Assembly (NCBI GenBank): GCA_963749495.1
Contig: CAVVMW010000010.1
Location: forward strand, 160,001 to 224,000
Direction of reading: 5' to 3'
Source: an uncultured bacterium
GTDB taxonomy: Bacteria; Verrucomicrobiota; Verrucomicrobiia; Limisphaerales; UBA8199
DNA length: 64,000 nucleotides
Shown: piece after piece, positions 17,820-28,362 of the stretch
How the letters are laid out: each line of letters starts with the position of its first letter
Numbering within the stretch: the stretch's first letter is position 1
Program-made: the position numbers and the translations under genes
Notes under the pieces: generated by a model
The model's input: only the letters and a program-made list of their open reading frames with translations
Database searches by the model: none
Told to the model about the DNA's origin: nothing

Positions 17820-19292
17820 CTATAGCTTCCTGGCCACCCGGCGGAAGTGATAGCCCGTAACGGCCAGCTCGATGCCGTGACGGAGTTGGCGCGGGCGGCG
17901 GAGCAAGGTGCTCCAGAAGAAGCGCCAGTAGTTGTGGCGGCCGCGCTCGGCGATGCCGAGCACCCAGAACGACTTGAGAAAGGCCTTGAAATCGGCGTGA
18001 GAGAGCGGCACGCGCGGGCCGCGCGGCCGGTGCTGGTCCAGAAAAGTGCGGATGCGCTGATAATAGGCCTTGGGTTCGTAGAGCTTCTTCATCAGGTCCC
18101 GGTAACCGGCCTGGAGGAACTCGCGGTTCAACTTGGTCTTGAAATTGAGGACGGCCTCGGTGTTGTTGCCGGTGGCGTCCGTCTCGATGCGTCCCTCGCG
18201 CAACAGGCGCTGGTGGAGCCTGGTCTGGGGCAGGGCCTGCAGCAGGCCGACCATGGCGGTCACCACACCGGACCGTTGGATGAACTCGAACTGGCGTTTG
18301 AAGATGTCCTGCTGGTCATGGTCGAAGCCAACGATAAAGCCGCCCATGACCTCCATGCCGGCGCGCTGGAGGGTGCGGACCGATTCGACCAGGTCGCGGC
18401 CTTTGTTCTGGAGCTTATGGCATTCCTGCAGGCTCTGCGGCACCGGCGTCTCGATCCCGACAAAGACCTTCTTGAACCCGGCGCGGGCCATGAGATCGCA
18501 CAACTCGGCGTCCTCGGCCAGGTTCACCGAGGCCTCGGTGAAAAACCCCATCCCCGGCCGCACGCGCTCGCGCCAGGCGATCATCTCGCGCAACAGCAAC
18601 TTGGTCTGTTTCCTGTCGCCGATGAAATTGTCATCGACGAGGAAGACCATGTCCTTCCAGGCCTGGAGGCGGAGGGTCTCCAGTTCGCCGATAAGCTGGT
18701 GCGGGGTCTTGGTGCGGGGCGCCCGGCCGTTCATGATGATGATGTCGCAGAACTCGCAGTCGTAAGGGCAGCCGCGCGAGAACTGGACGGCCATGGTGAC
18801 GTAATGCCTGAAATCGATCAGGTCCCACCGCGGCGCCGGCACGCGGGTGATGTCGGGCCGCGCGGCGGCGCGGTATTGGGGGCGCACGGCGCCCGCGCGC
18901 ATGTCCGCCGCCAACTGCGGGAGGCACTCTTCGGCCTCGCCCAGGACGAAATGCTGGACCGAGGGGAACTGCTCGTGCCCGGTGGTAAAGAGCGGGCCGC
19001 CGGCGATGATCGGCTTGCGCAAGGCATTGCAGCGGGCCACGATTTCGTTCACCGATGCCTTGTGTACGATCATCGCGCTGATCATGACGTAATCGGCCCA
19101 GCGCAGGTCGCTCTCCTTGAGGCGTTCCACGTTCAGGTCGATCAGCTTGATCTCCCAGTCCGGAGGCAACATCGCGGCAACCGTCAACAGGCCCAGCGGC
19201 GGAAAGGCGGAACGCTTGGACACAAACGGGAGCGCGTGCTTGAAGCTCCAGAACGTGTCCGGGTTCTGCGGATAGACCATCAAAACTTTCAT
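17820..19292 (-). CDS. B12-binding radical SAM protein (DUF4070 C-terminus)
   Basis: PPLGLLTVAA, SRGCPYDCEFC (CxxxCxxC), VDDNF, GFIVGFD. Confidence 0.92.
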   Translation of the reverse strand: MKVLMVYPQNPDTFWSFKHALPFVSKRSAFPPLGLLTVAAMLPPDWEIKLIDLNVERLKESDLRWADYVMISAMIVHKASVNEIVARCNALRKPIIAGGPLFTTGHEQFPSVQHFVLGEAEECLPQLAADMRAGAVRPQYRAAARPDITRVPAPRWDLIDFRHYVTMAVQFSRGCPYDCEFCDIIIMNGRAPRTKTPHQLIGELETLRLQAWKDMVFLVDDNFIGDRKQTKLLLREMIAWRERVRPGMGFFTEASVNLAEDAELCDLMARAGFKKVFVGIETPVPQSLQECHKLQNKGRDLVESVRTLQRAGMEVMGGFIVGFDHDQQDIFKRQFEFIQRSGVVTAMVGLLQALPQTRLHQRLLREGRIETDATGNNTEAVLNFKTKLNREFLQAGYRDLMKKLYEPKAYYQRIRTFLDQHRPRGPRVPLSHADFKAFLKSFWVLGIAERGRHNYWRFFWSTLLRRPRQLRHGIELAVTGYHFRRVARKL

Positions 19293-19304
19293 AGCTCAGA
19301 AATC

Positions 19305-20711
19305 CTACCACAGCCTGACTCGGGCGTAGCTGATGGTCTGGGGCGCGCCAGCGCGCTGGCCGAGCAACTCGATGCTGTTGGCAGGGGGCGAGCCGCCTCG
19401 CACCGTGGCCGTGAAATAGGCGACAAAGGGCTGCTTGAATGGAACGCGCGCCGCCGCCCCCGGCTCGCCCTCCGGCAGCATCTCCAGCACCCGGTTCTCC
19501 GAGACCCCTTTGCCGGCGGTGTCGCTCCCCTGGACATAGAAGACAACGAACAGGCGGTGGTCCGGCGTGACCTGGAACCGGGGCGCGGAGGGGATCAGGT
19601 TGGACTTGCCTTCCTCGGCCGCCAGGAGCGTCCGGCGGCGGACGACTTTGCCCGCGCGCACGACGGCATAGTTGAGGGCATGGCTTTGCCTGGCCTCGGG
19701 AAAGAACTTCTGGCGCAGGCGCTCGTCCAGGGCGCGTTCTGTCCAGAGGATGTGCGCCGCCCCGTCCGGCGCCACCCACAGGTCGCCGGGCGTGATCCAT
19801 CCGCACGTCTTGTCCCGGCTGGCGAGCTCGACCCATGGGCCGAACTGCTCGCGCGTAATGTCCGGCGTCCACGCATAGAACAGCCGGCGGAAATCGTAGT
19901 CCCAGTCCTGGCCGGTGAGTTGCTTCTTGTAGGCGCGCCATTCCGGGTAGGGCTCGATGATGTCGCTGACGCCGCAAAAATGCGCTGCGCGGTTGGCGAG
20001 GGCGACGTTGGGGTAGCAGACCCGGATGGGCTCGGGTTTGGGATACTCGGGGCCTGCGGGCCAGGGCAATCTGCCCTGGGCGGCCCATTGCCCGGCGCGG
20101 TTGCGGAATGCCCACTCGGCGTGCGTATAGCCGATATTCTGAAAGAGGATGAGTTCACCGCCGGGCCCGTCGGCCGCGAGACTGCGATACGAATGCTCGG
20201 TGAACTCGGGGTGTCCGCTCCAGCCCGGCTCGATCGGCTGGGCCGGCGCTTTGGCGTCCTGGGCGGCGAATTGCAGAATCTGCGGCCGCGCCGGACCGGC
20301 GTAGGTATTGCTGGGGGTCAGCGTCGGGTTGGCCGAGAGGAAGAGTCGGCCGTCGGGAAAGCCGGCCAGCGGGCAAGGCTCGCGCGTGCGGCCGGCGGCA
20401 TCAGCCTGCGCAAGCTGCCAGCCGGCGGCGGTCCGCTCGAAGAGCAGCCAGCGGCAGTTGTTGAGCGGCTTGAGGCCCTTGAGCGTTTCGAGCCCGCTGG
20501 CGAAGAGCCGCCCGCCGCTGCGCGCCAGGCACGTGGAGCCGTGGCACCAGAGCGGGCCCGCCCCGTTGTCCGCCGGTTCGAACGTATAGAGGTCCTCCTC
20601 GATTTCGACCGCCGGCCGCAGCCCCGGCGCCGGCCGGGCAGTCGTGCCGGCCAGCAGGACCCACAGAATGACCAAAACCGTCCTGCCGCCCGCCGACCTG
20701 GGAATCTTCAT
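19305..20711 (-). CDS. Secreted hypothetical protein
   Basis: 468-aa ORF with signal peptide, 12 nt upstream of the radical SAM gene. Confidence 0.75.
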   Translation of the reverse strand: MKIPRSAGGRTVLVILWVLLAGTTARPAPGLRPAVEIEEDLYTFEPADNGAGPLWCHGSTCLARSGGRLFASGLETLKGLKPLNNCRWLLFERTAAGWQLAQADAAGRTREPCPLAGFPDGRLFLSANPTLTPSNTYAGPARPQILQFAAQDAKAPAQPIEPGWSGHPEFTEHSYRSLAADGPGGELILFQNIGYTHAEWAFRNRAGQWAAQGRLPWPAGPEYPKPEPIRVCYPNVALANRAAHFCGVSDIIEPYPEWRAYKKQLTGQDWDYDFRRLFYAWTPDITREQFGPWVELASRDKTCGWITPGDLWVAPDGAAHILWTERALDERLRQKFFPEARQSHALNYAVVRAGKVVRRRTLLAAEEGKSNLIPSAPRFQVTPDHRLFVVFYVQGSDTAGKGVSENRVLEMLPEGEPGAAARVPFKQPFVAYFTATVRGGSPPANSIELLGQRAGAPQTISYARVRLW

Positions 20712-20764
20712 GGCGCGATAATCCTCGACCCTCCCGCGTTAGTCCAGCCTGGAACGCGACCGGT

Positions 20765-20972
20765 CACTGAAGACGGCGACAGAGTCTCCGGCGGACCCCT
20801 CACCCCGACCCTCTCCCCGTCCGACGGGGAGAGGGAGAGGCGTCGGCAATCTCGGGAGCTTCCAGGCGCCTGCGCTTCCTCGAAGCGCCACGGAGACCTC
20901 CCCCTCTCCCCTTCCGAAGGGGAGAGGGCCGGGGTGAGGGGTCTGCCCGCGGTCTGGCTCCCGCCTTCAGTG
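20765..20972. repeat. REP/MITE family B (CCCTCACCCC..CCCTCTCCCC..GGGGAGAGGG doublet)
   Basis: Nested hairpins inside cactgaag/cttcagtg ends; other copies at 26287-26493, ~27996-28196 and 32456-32632, and a fragment at ~61310-61333. Confidence 0.9.
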
Positions 20973-21054
20973 ACCGATCACCCTGGAACGGAATTTCACC
21001 CTTTACTAGTAGATCCGGGGGGCTTACTCTGCTGATAACGTAGATGGTTAAAGT

Positions 21055-21360
21055 ATGAATCAAATGTTTGCATTGTTTGACTTGGGTGGTGGCCAAATCC
21101 TGCTGATCCTGGCGGTCATATTGATCTTTTTCGGCGCCCGGCGGATTCCGGACCTGGCCAAGGGCCTGGGGCAGGGCATTAAAGAGTTCAAGAAGGCGAC
21201 TCAAGAAGTGACGGACGAGATCAACAACTCGGCGAATTACACTCCACCTCCTTCTCCGCCGCCGGCCCCGCCCGCCCCCGCCGAGCCCCGGCAGATTGCC
21301 GAAGCGCCGCCGGCCGAGAAACCCGCCGCGGCTCCGCAGTCCACCGAGCATAAGGCCTAA
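21055..21360 (+). CDS. tatA: Twin-arginine translocase TatA/TatE
   Basis: N-terminal TM helix, FG hinge, [17 protein letters not shown] amphipathic helix. Confidence 0.93.
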   Translation: MNQMFALFDLGGGQILLILAVILIFFGARRIPDLAKGLGQGIKEFKKATQEVTDEINNSANYTPPPSPPPAPPAPAEPRQIAEAPPAEKPAAAPQSTEHKA

Positions 21361-21384
21361 GCTGCTGCCGCAGTCTTCTTGCTC

Positions 21385-22440
21385 ATGGCCGAAGACGACG
21401 ATGCACTGCGTACTGGCGCCGCTTCCGAAGCAAAGGAAGACGAGGGTGGTCCAGTCAAGTCGTTTCTCGAACACCTCGAGGATCTCCGCTGGGTGCTCAT
21501 CAAGAGCCTGGTGGCCCTGGGCGTGGCGTTCATCGTCTGCCTGGTCGCCGGCAATGAGGTCCTCAGCGTCCTCAAGCGGCCCCTGACGCGGGCCAAGGTC
21601 TCTTACCCTCGTGACCACCAGGTGGTGACGTTTCTATGGTTCACGAACCGCCTCCAGGTTTTCGAGGTGCCCCGCTACGGCCCGGAGAGCCTGCACCTGA
21701 GCACCAACCAGTACGTTACCTTGCACCTCGACCTGGTCCCCGAGGCCGAGAGCGCCACCAACAACACGTTCGCCGTGCGTGTGCACATGGACTCGGACCC
21801 GACCGAGGCCCAGCGACTCGACAAGGCGGTTCCCCTGGTCGCCCTGGGCCCGGCGTCGGCCTTCATCATGGCTGTGCAGGTGGCCATCTATGCGGGGGTG
21901 CTCCTGGCCTCGCCGTTCATCCTCTACTTCGTCGCCAGCTTCGTCTTCCCGGCCCTCAAGCTCAAGGAGCGGAAGTACGTTTATCGCGGGTTGTTCTACG
22001 GCATGGGCCTGTTCGCGGCGGGCGTGAGCTTCTGCTATTTCATCCTGATGCCCTTCGCCCTCTCCGCTTCGGTCCGCTACACCCAATGGCTCGGGATCTC
22101 CGTGCAGCAGTGGCGCGCCGAGGAGTTCATCAGTTTCGTCTCCAAGTTCATGCTCGGCATGGGACTCGGGTTCGAGATGCCCGTGGTCTTGCTGGTCCTG
22201 GTCAAGATCGGGATCCTCAACTACAAGCTCCTCTCCAAGGCCCGGCGCTATGTCCTGGTCATCAATTTCTTCCTGGGCGCCGTCCTGACGACGCCCGAGA
22301 TTTTCACCCAACTCCTGATGGCCCTGCCGCTGCAAGTCCTCTTCGAGATCAGCGTCTGGATAGCCTGGTACTGGGAGCGGCGCGACCGCAGGCGCCTGGC
22401 CGCCCAAGAGGCCGCCGAGGCGGCGGCTGGACAAGCCTAA
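21385..22440 (+). CDS. tatC: Twin-arginine translocase TatC
   Basis: SFLEHLEDLR, FVFPAL..KER, FEMPV and VLTTPE motifs; six TM helices. Confidence 0.95.
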   Translation: MAEDDDALRTGAASEAKEDEGGPVKSFLEHLEDLRWVLIKSLVALGVAFIVCLVAGNEVLSVLKRPLTRAKVSYPRDHQVVTFLWFTNRLQVFEVPRYGPESLHLSTNQYVTLHLDLVPEAESATNNTFAVRVHMDSDPTEAQRLDKAVPLVALGPASAFIMAVQVAIYAGVLLASPFILYFVASFVFPALKLKERKYVYRGLFYGMGLFAAGVSFCYFILMPFALSASVRYTQWLGISVQQWRAEEFISFVSKFMLGMGLGFEMPVVLLVLVKIGILNYKLLSKARRYVLVINFFLGAVLTTPEIFTQLLMALPLQVLFEISVWIAWYWERRDRRRLAAQEAAEAAAGQA

Positions 22441-22480
22441 CGACAACGGATTTCGGGTTTTTCAAACCAACAATACGTCG

Positions 22481-23170
22481 ATGGTCCGCCTGGTCCTGTT
22501 TGACGTCGATGGCACCTTGATCCGCACGGGCGGGGCGGGCATGAGGGCCTTTGCGAAGGTGTTCGCCACCGAATTCAATGCCATCGACGGCTTCGAGCGG
22601 CTCAAGTTCGCCGGACGCACCGACATGAGCCTGCTCCGGGAGTTCTTCGGCTTTCACGGAATCCCACCGACGCCGGCGAATTTTCAGCGGTTTTTCGACC
22701 GGTATGTGTTCTGGCTGGACCAGATCTTGCAGGAGAGCGAGGCCAAGGTCTGCCCCGGGGTGCGGGAGTTCATCGAGGGCCTGCAGGCCCTGCCACAGCC
22801 GCCGCTGCTGGGCCTGCTCACGGGCAACGTCCGTTTGGGGGCCGAAATCAAGCTGCGTCACCTGCACCTCTGGGAGCCCTTCGCCACGGGCGCCTTTGCC
22901 GATGACCACGAGGAACGCGCCCAGATCGCCGCCATCGCCCGCCAACGCGCCAGCGCCATGCTCGGGCAAGACCTGCGCGGCGGCCAGGTCCTGGTCGTTG
23001 GCGACACGCCGCTGGATATCCGTTGCGCCCGAGCCATCGGCGCCAAGGTCCTGGCCGTGGCCACCGGCGGCTGCACGCTCCAGGAATTGCAAGCGCACCA
23101 ACCCGACTGGGCGGTAAACGATCTGCTCGAAGCCAAGCCGGACGTGGTCGTGGCGGGTGGCCCTCAGTAG
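22481..23170 (+). CDS. HAD-superfamily hydrolase (phosphoglycolate phosphatase-like)
   Basis: LFDVDGTL, LLTGN and VGDTPLD motifs. Confidence 0.9.
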   Translation: MVRLVLFDVDGTLIRTGGAGMRAFAKVFATEFNAIDGFERLKFAGRTDMSLLREFFGFHGIPPTPANFQRFFDRYVFWLDQILQESEAKVCPGVREFIEGLQALPQPPLLGLLTGNVRLGAEIKLRHLHLWEPFATGAFADDHEERAQIAAIARQRASAMLGQDLRGGQVLVVGDTPLDIRCARAIGAKVLAVATGGCTLQELQAHQPDWAVNDLLEAKPDVVVAGGPQ

Positions 23171-23199
23171 CACCGTGGCCTCGGCCCGGCCGGAGCAAA

Positions 23200-23304
23200 A
23201 CTTCGTCGCGACCTTTGTCGCGGCCTTTGTCGAAACCATCGTCGCAACCTTGGTCGCTGCCGTTGTCGGGCTGGCCGCTCTTCGACAAAGGCCGCGACAA
23301 AGGT
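23200..23304. repeat. 12-mer tandem/inverted repeat family C (CTTTGTCGCGGC / GCCGCGACAAAG)
   Basis: Same units recur at ~42905-42985 and ~58150-58228. Confidence 0.8.
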
Positions 23305-23314
23305 TGAACTGGGG

Positions 23315-23572
23315 TCAATGCCGGTGCTTGCCGCCGCCGCAACTGCACCCGCAGGAGCCGCCGCCGCTCCCGTCGCAGGGCGCGCCCGTCCGCGCGCAGT
23401 AGTCCTGGCCCTTGTTTCCATTGCCGCTGCCAGCGGAGGCAAACACGGAGAGCTTCTTCGAGAGCCGCGTGGACCCGCATTGCGGGCATTTGGTCCCCCG
23501 CCACTTGCTGGAACGGACCAGGATCTCGCTGTCGCTGTCGCACTTTTGGCAATGAAACTCGTATATCGGCAT
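23315..23572 (-). CDS. FmdB family zinc-ribbon protein
   Basis: MPIYEFHCQKC...CPQCGS..L.K.LS. Confidence 0.9.
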   Translation of the reverse strand: MPIYEFHCQKCDSDSEILVRSSKWRGTKCPQCGSTRLSKKLSVFASAGSGNGNKGQDYCARTGAPCDGSGGGSCGCSCGGGKHRH

Positions 23573-23810
23573 GGGAGCACGATAGCGGAAGGCGGAGGAA
23601 GCTCAAGGGTAAAGGCTAAAGGCTGAAGGCTAAAGGCCAAAGCGCCGGGTAGGGCGAGCGCGAGCGCCCCGGGCCGTGGGGGTGTGGGCGGGCAGACTTG
23701 GTCTTAAGGGACAAAAGGGACCTCAGGGAGGAAAGGGACGAAGCAACGCCTGTCTTTAGCCTTTAGCCTTTGGCCTTGACACCCTCCTCAAAACACTCCA
23801 TCACAGAAGC

Positions 23811-24776
23811 ATGAATTATCCACTCACGCGTCGTCAGTTTCTCACTCGCGCTACCGGGGCCGCCGCGCTGGCCTTGATGGCGTCGCCCTCACTGCGTGCC
23901 GCGGCTTTCCGGGGCCGAATCCACAAGGCAAAGATTGTGCACCAAGTGACCGAAGCCACGCTGCAACCGCTCAAGGAGGCCGGCTTCGAGGGTGTCGAGA
24001 GCGATTACGTTTGCGCGGAAGACGAGGCGGCCCAGGGCCAGGCCGTGGCCAAGAGTCTTGGCATGAGGGTACACTCGGTCTTGCGGGGGTGGATGGAGTT
24101 CAACAGCCCGGACGCCGGGAAGGTCGAGAAATCGCTTGAAAGCACGCGCATGGCCCTGCGCGCCGCCCGGGCTTATGGCGCGGATGACATCCTGCTGGTG
24201 CCCTGCCGCATCGGCGGCATGCCCATGCCCGAGGCCTGGGAGTTCGATCTCGCCTACGACCCCAAGAGCGGCCACCTCACCCGCGTGGCCGCCGGCGACA
24301 ACTCCCGCTACGCTGCCTATATCGAAGCGCATAACCGCGCCGCGGACACCTCCAAGGCCGCCGTCGAGAAACTCATCCCGCTGGCCACCGAGCTCAAGAT
24401 CGTCATCGGCATCGAGAATGTTTGGAACAATCTCTGGGTCAAACCGGACATCTTCCGCGATTTCGTCGCCTCCTTCGGCAATCCCTGGGTGAAGGCCTAC
24501 TTCGACATCGGCAATCATGTGAAGTACGCCCCGCCGCAGGATTGGATCAAGGCCCTGGGCCCGCTCATCATCAGGCTCCATGTCAAGGACTTCAAGCTCA
24601 ACCCCAACGGCCACGGCGGCACGTTCGTCCACCCGCGGGACGGGAGCATCAATTGGCCCGCCGTGCGTCAGGCGCTGGACAACGTCGGCTACAACGGCTG
24701 GGCCAGCATCGAGGACGACGGCCTTTCCCTGGCCGAGTTCAACCGCCGCTTCGACCTGATCCTGCAGGGGGAATAA
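23811..24776 (+). CDS. Tat-exported sugar phosphate isomerase/epimerase (xylose isomerase-like TIM barrel)
   Basis: TRRQFL signal; IENVWN, YFDIGN and LHVKD motifs. Confidence 0.88.
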   Translation: MNYPLTRRQFLTRATGAAALALMASPSLRAAAFRGRIHKAKIVHQVTEATLQPLKEAGFEGVESDYVCAEDEAAQGQAVAKSLGMRVHSVLRGWMEFNSPDAGKVEKSLESTRMALRAARAYGADDILLVPCRIGGMPMPEAWEFDLAYDPKSGHLTRVAAGDNSRYAAYIEAHNRAADTSKAAVEKLIPLATELKIVIGIENVWNNLWVKPDIFRDFVASFGNPWVKAYFDIGNHVKYAPPQDWIKALGPLIIRLHVKDFKLNPNGHGGTFVHPRDGSINWPAVRQALDNVGYNGWASIEDDGLSLAEFNRRFDLILQGE

Positions 24777-24788
24777 GCCGAAATTGTC

Positions 24789-26216
24789 TCAGAGCAACCT
24801 GAGCAGCCCCGTCTCCTTGAGGCTCAGGTACGGCAACGCTACCGTCGAGGCGTAGAGCGGATTGACATATTCGCGTGTATCCGGGTTGCACCATTCCCAG
24901 GCATCAGTCAGGCCGTCCTGGCGCATATTCTGGCGCAAGAAGCCGATGTATTCCCTGGCGAGGTCCCTGGCCGCCGCCGGGTCAGAGCGCGAGACCGCGG
25001 AGATGTACCAACCTGTGGGCGTGCCCCAGTAGCCGCCGTTTTGGTAGGTGCCGAGATTTGAGACAGCGGCCTGCCAGCCACCCTGATTGAGCCTGTCGCT
25101 GGTCGGAAGGTGCCGGATGAAGCCGTGGCGGACGGTCGTGCGCTCGCGGAAGGCGCGCGCCAAGGCGCGCGAGACCTTCCGGGCGGTGGGTGTCCTAAGC
25201 GCGCCGCAGTGCACCGCGAAGGCGCTGCCCCAGACATCCGGCTGGTTGCCGACGCCCGTGGCGGAGTGGAGCCAACCCTCCGAGCCATCCGTCGGTGCAT
25301 GGAAAAACGCAGGGCCTATCGCAGCACGGATGGTGCGGGCGTCCTTGCGGCAGCGTGCGGCTTTGCCGGCCTGTGCGGAGGCGGCGAAAAGCGCCGCCAA
25401 CTGCCGGGCCGCGACCAGCTTCAGGAGCGAGGGGAACAGCAGCTTTCCGCTCTTGAAAACACTGTCGCAGAAGCCCCAGTCCTTGGCGTTCTCCTGGCCG
25501 ATGTCGCCGGCGGTTACCAGGCCCGTCGCCGAATCACAGGGCGGGGCCTGGTACACCTTCTCGCACAAGTCCGCCAACGGCTGTTCGCCGAACGAGGTCC
25601 GCACCGGAGACTGAAACAAGCCGAGGCTGCCCGTGAGCTTCCAATGCTGGTACACGCCGGTGAGGAAGTAGAAGTTGTTGTCCAGCGGGGGATACTTGCC
25701 CCAGGGATGGCCCCCCTGTTTGTCTCCGGTCTCGTAGTTGCCGGGATAGAAGGTGGGTTTGCCGTCGAAGTTGATGTGATCGGGGACCGTGTACGCGGGA
25801 ACAACCACTCCGGGCCGGACCAGCCAGTCCGATGGGCCGGGGAGCGCCCAACCGATCAATCGGACCCAGCCCTCAACCTCGTCCGCAGAGATAAAGTCGC
25901 CGCCGAGCATCATCATGGCGTCTCGGATCCAGAACGCCGGGTAGCCCATGTTGCCCCCGGGGACGTGGAGGTCGTATGGCGTCGTGTTGCGTTTCTGGCC
26001 GGAGGTTTGGCCCGCCTTCAATTGCGCCGACTCGATGACCCGCCGGGCCTGCTCCCTGAGAAAGGCCTCGTCCGTTTGGGCTGCGCCCGGCGCGGGGCGG
26101 GGGTGCGCGCACCCGCTCAAGGCCAGCCCGAGCAGCCCCAGGCCCAGTTTCCCGAAGTCGCGCCGGGTGTAGCCCGTTGGCCTGAGGCTCGGGGCACCGT
26201 TGCCGGATCGGTTCAC
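24789..26216 (-). CDS. Putative Tat lipoprotein, six-hairpin glycosidase-like
   Basis: TRRDF plus LSGC lipobox; YPAFWIRD and YQNGGYW motifs. Confidence 0.7.
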   Translation of the reverse strand: MNRSGNGAPSLRPTGYTRRDFGKLGLGLLGLALSGCAHPRPAPGAAQTDEAFLREQARRVIESAQLKAGQTSGQKRNTTPYDLHVPGGNMGYPAFWIRDAMMMLGGDFISADEVEGWVRLIGWALPGPSDWLVRPGVVVPAYTVPDHINFDGKPTFYPGNYETGDKQGGHPWGKYPPLDNNFYFLTGVYQHWKLTGSLGLFQSPVRTSFGEQPLADLCEKVYQAPPCDSATGLVTAGDIGQENAKDWGFCDSVFKSGKLLFPSLLKLVAARQLAALFAASAQAGKAARCRKDARTIRAAIGPAFFHAPTDGSEGWLHSATGVGNQPDVWGSAFAVHCGALRTPTARKVSRALARAFRERTTVRHGFIRHLPTSDRLNQGGWQAAVSNLGTYQNGGYWGTPTGWYISAVSRSDPAAARDLAREYIGFLRQNMRQDGLTDAWEWCNPDTREYVNPLYASTVALPYLSLKETGLLRLL

Positions 26217-26286
26217 CCGGCCAGCATGTTCGGTCCTCGCCGCAAGTCAAGCCACTCACGGACCAAGGCCGAGGGAAGTGAGGCCC

Positions 26287-26493
26287 CAGTGAAGGCGGGA
26301 GCGTCCCGGGGGCGGACCCCTCACCCCGGCCCTCTCCCCATCGGATGGGGAGAGGGAGGATTCTCCGTAGCGGCTCGAGCAACCACAGACGCGCGAAAGT
26401 TCAAGAGGCTGCCGACGCTTCTCCCTCTCCCCTTCGGAAGGGGAGAGGGTCGGGGTGAGGGGTCCGCAGGGGACTCCGTCTCTGCCTTCACTG
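26287..26493. repeat. REP/MITE family B
   Basis: cagtgaaggc...gccttcactg ends with the internal CCCTCACCCC/GGGGAGAGGG doublet. Confidence 0.9.
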
Positions 26494-26558
26494 ACCCGTC
26501 ACCCATTCAATCCCTTGCCGCTTGACCGGCCGCCACTCGCGGCTCCACTCTCAGGGTC

Positions 26559-27878
26559 GTGATAAGCCGTTTGGATTTCATCTGCGCGCGCGGGTTGCTC
26601 GCCCTGGTTTTGTCCGGCATTGGCGCGGGGGCTTTGGGTGCGGATTCATCCGCGCTCCAGGCCGGTGCCGCGCGAATCAACCTCACTCCGCCTGGGGAGA
26701 TGAAGGCGGCCCTGGGCGGGTACGGCGCGCGCCAAAGCAAGCCGGCCGTGGGGGTCCATGATGCGGTCTGGGCCAAGGCACTGGTTCTTGAGCAGGGCGG
26801 CAGGCGATTCGCGCTGGTGACCGCCGATGTCCTGGCCTTTCCGCCGGGATTCAAGGGGGCGGTCGTCGAGCGCCTGGCGGGCGAGGGGTGGAGCGCCGAC
26901 CAGTTCATGCTCCTGCCCAGCCACACCCATACGAGCATCGATATGATGGCCTTGCACCCGGGCAACACCTTTGGGAACCCGCAAGCCGGCCTTTTCCACA
27001 AGGAGCTTTTCGACCTGACCGCCGGCCGCCTGGCGGAGGTCATTCGCGCGGCAGGCCGCAAGCTCCAGCCGGTCCTCACCGGCTCGACCACCGTCTCGGT
27101 AGCGGACCGCAACCGCAATCGCCGCGGCCTGGCCATTCACGACACCGACCTGACCGTGACCCGGATTGACGCCGTCGGCGGCCACCCCCTGGCAACGCTG
27201 GTCAACTGGACGGCGCATCCCACGTTCATGAGCGCGTCAGACATGTCATTCTCCGGAGATTGGCCCGGACATCTCCAGCGGACCCTCGAGGCGCTCATTG
27301 GGGATGGGGTGACGGCGATGTTCTACAACGGGGCCGAAGGCGATCAATCCCCCGTGCCGCCGCCCGACTGCGGCAGCAACTGGGAACGGGCCGAGCGTTA
27401 TGGCCGGGAGATGGCAATCCTGGCCTGGCGTGCCTGGAACCAGATCGAGGCTCGTCAAACCCGGAACTTCGCCTGGCACACAGAAACCATCGCCCTGCCC
27501 AAGCGCCGCCCACACCCGGACTTCATGAGGACCGGCGGCGCCGAATACGGCCTGAGCGAAACCAGCGCGCAGGCCTTCCTGGATCAACTGGTGCCCGCGG
27601 AGACTCGCAGCACCTGTCTTCGATTGGGCGACCTGGTCATTCTGGGGGTGTCGGCGGAGATGGCAGCGGGGCTGGGGCTCGAAGCCAAGGCCAAGGCTCG
27701 GCAGGCTACGGGCGCTGCGGCGGTCACCATCGGCGGACTGGCCAACGAATGGGTCAGCTACGCCCTGCCCGCCCAGGAGTACCGCCGGGGCGGCTACGAG
27801 GCGAGCATGAGCTTCTACGGCGAGACCCTGGGAGACGTGCTGGTGGAGGGCGCGGTGCGCGCGGCAAAGGGATTATAG
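26559..27878 (+). CDS. Neutral/alkaline ceramidase-like hydrolase
   Basis: Signal peptide; SHTHT, NWTAHPT, SGDWPG, NGAEGD and GGYE motifs. Confidence 0.85.
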   Translation: MISRLDFICARGLLALVLSGIGAGALGADSSALQAGAARINLTPPGEMKAALGGYGARQSKPAVGVHDAVWAKALVLEQGGRRFALVTADVLAFPPGFKGAVVERLAGEGWSADQFMLLPSHTHTSIDMMALHPGNTFGNPQAGLFHKELFDLTAGRLAEVIRAAGRKLQPVLTGSTTVSVADRNRNRRGLAIHDTDLTVTRIDAVGGHPLATLVNWTAHPTFMSASDMSFSGDWPGHLQRTLEALIGDGVTAMFYNGAEGDQSPVPPPDCGSNWERAERYGREMAILAWRAWNQIEARQTRNFAWHTETIALPKRRPHPDFMRTGGAEYGLSETSAQAFLDQLVPAETRSTCLRLGDLVILGVSAEMAAGLGLEAKAKARQATGAAAVTIGGLANEWVSYALPAQEYRRGGYEASMSFYGETLGDVLVEGAVRAAKGL

Positions 27879-27995
27879 CCCTGCATTGTCCACACTTGAA
27901 CAGGAGGAAACGGAGGGAACAGAGAAGGGCCTGGCAATCTCCATCCTCTCTGTTTTCTCTGTTGCCTCCTGTTCAATGCCGTTTGCGCACGGGCT

Positions 27996-28196
27996 CAGTG
28001 AAGGCGGGAGCGTCGCGGGGGCAGACCCCTCACCCTGGCCCTCTCCCCTTCGGAAGGGGAGAGGGAGAGTTTTCGGTAGCGCTTAGAGGAAGCGGAGACG
28101 CCCGGAGGCTCCCGAGACTGCCGACGCCTCGCCCTCTCCCCTTCGGAAGGGGAGAGGGTTGGGGTGAGGGGTCTGGCCGGCATTCCGTCTCCGCCT
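27996..28196. repeat. REP/MITE family B
   Basis: Same doublet as 26287-26493. Confidence 0.88.
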
Positions 28197-28362
28197 ACAA
28201 CGACCGGTTCGCCCATTTGCGCACCGCGTCCTTGATTCCCCCGCGGCCCAGATTATAATCGGTCATCGTTATTCTCGCACTGGAGTCTCGATGCGGCACG
28301 GGAGCAGAGGGGGGATTCCTGTGCGCGCATCACGGGCAAAGCCCCGCAAGGGGCATTAGATC

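Noticed and set aside
17847..21035. 1062-aa plus-strand ORF (likewise 12565-14607, 42009-44024 and 44932-47106)
   Set aside because: These are antisense shadows of well-supported genes in high-GC DNA and have no motifs.
28331..28356. c-di-GMP-I riboswitch-like GGGCAAA + GCAA hairpin
   Set aside because: It lacks the following GACGCAAAG and P3 elements; only a short hairpin is present.
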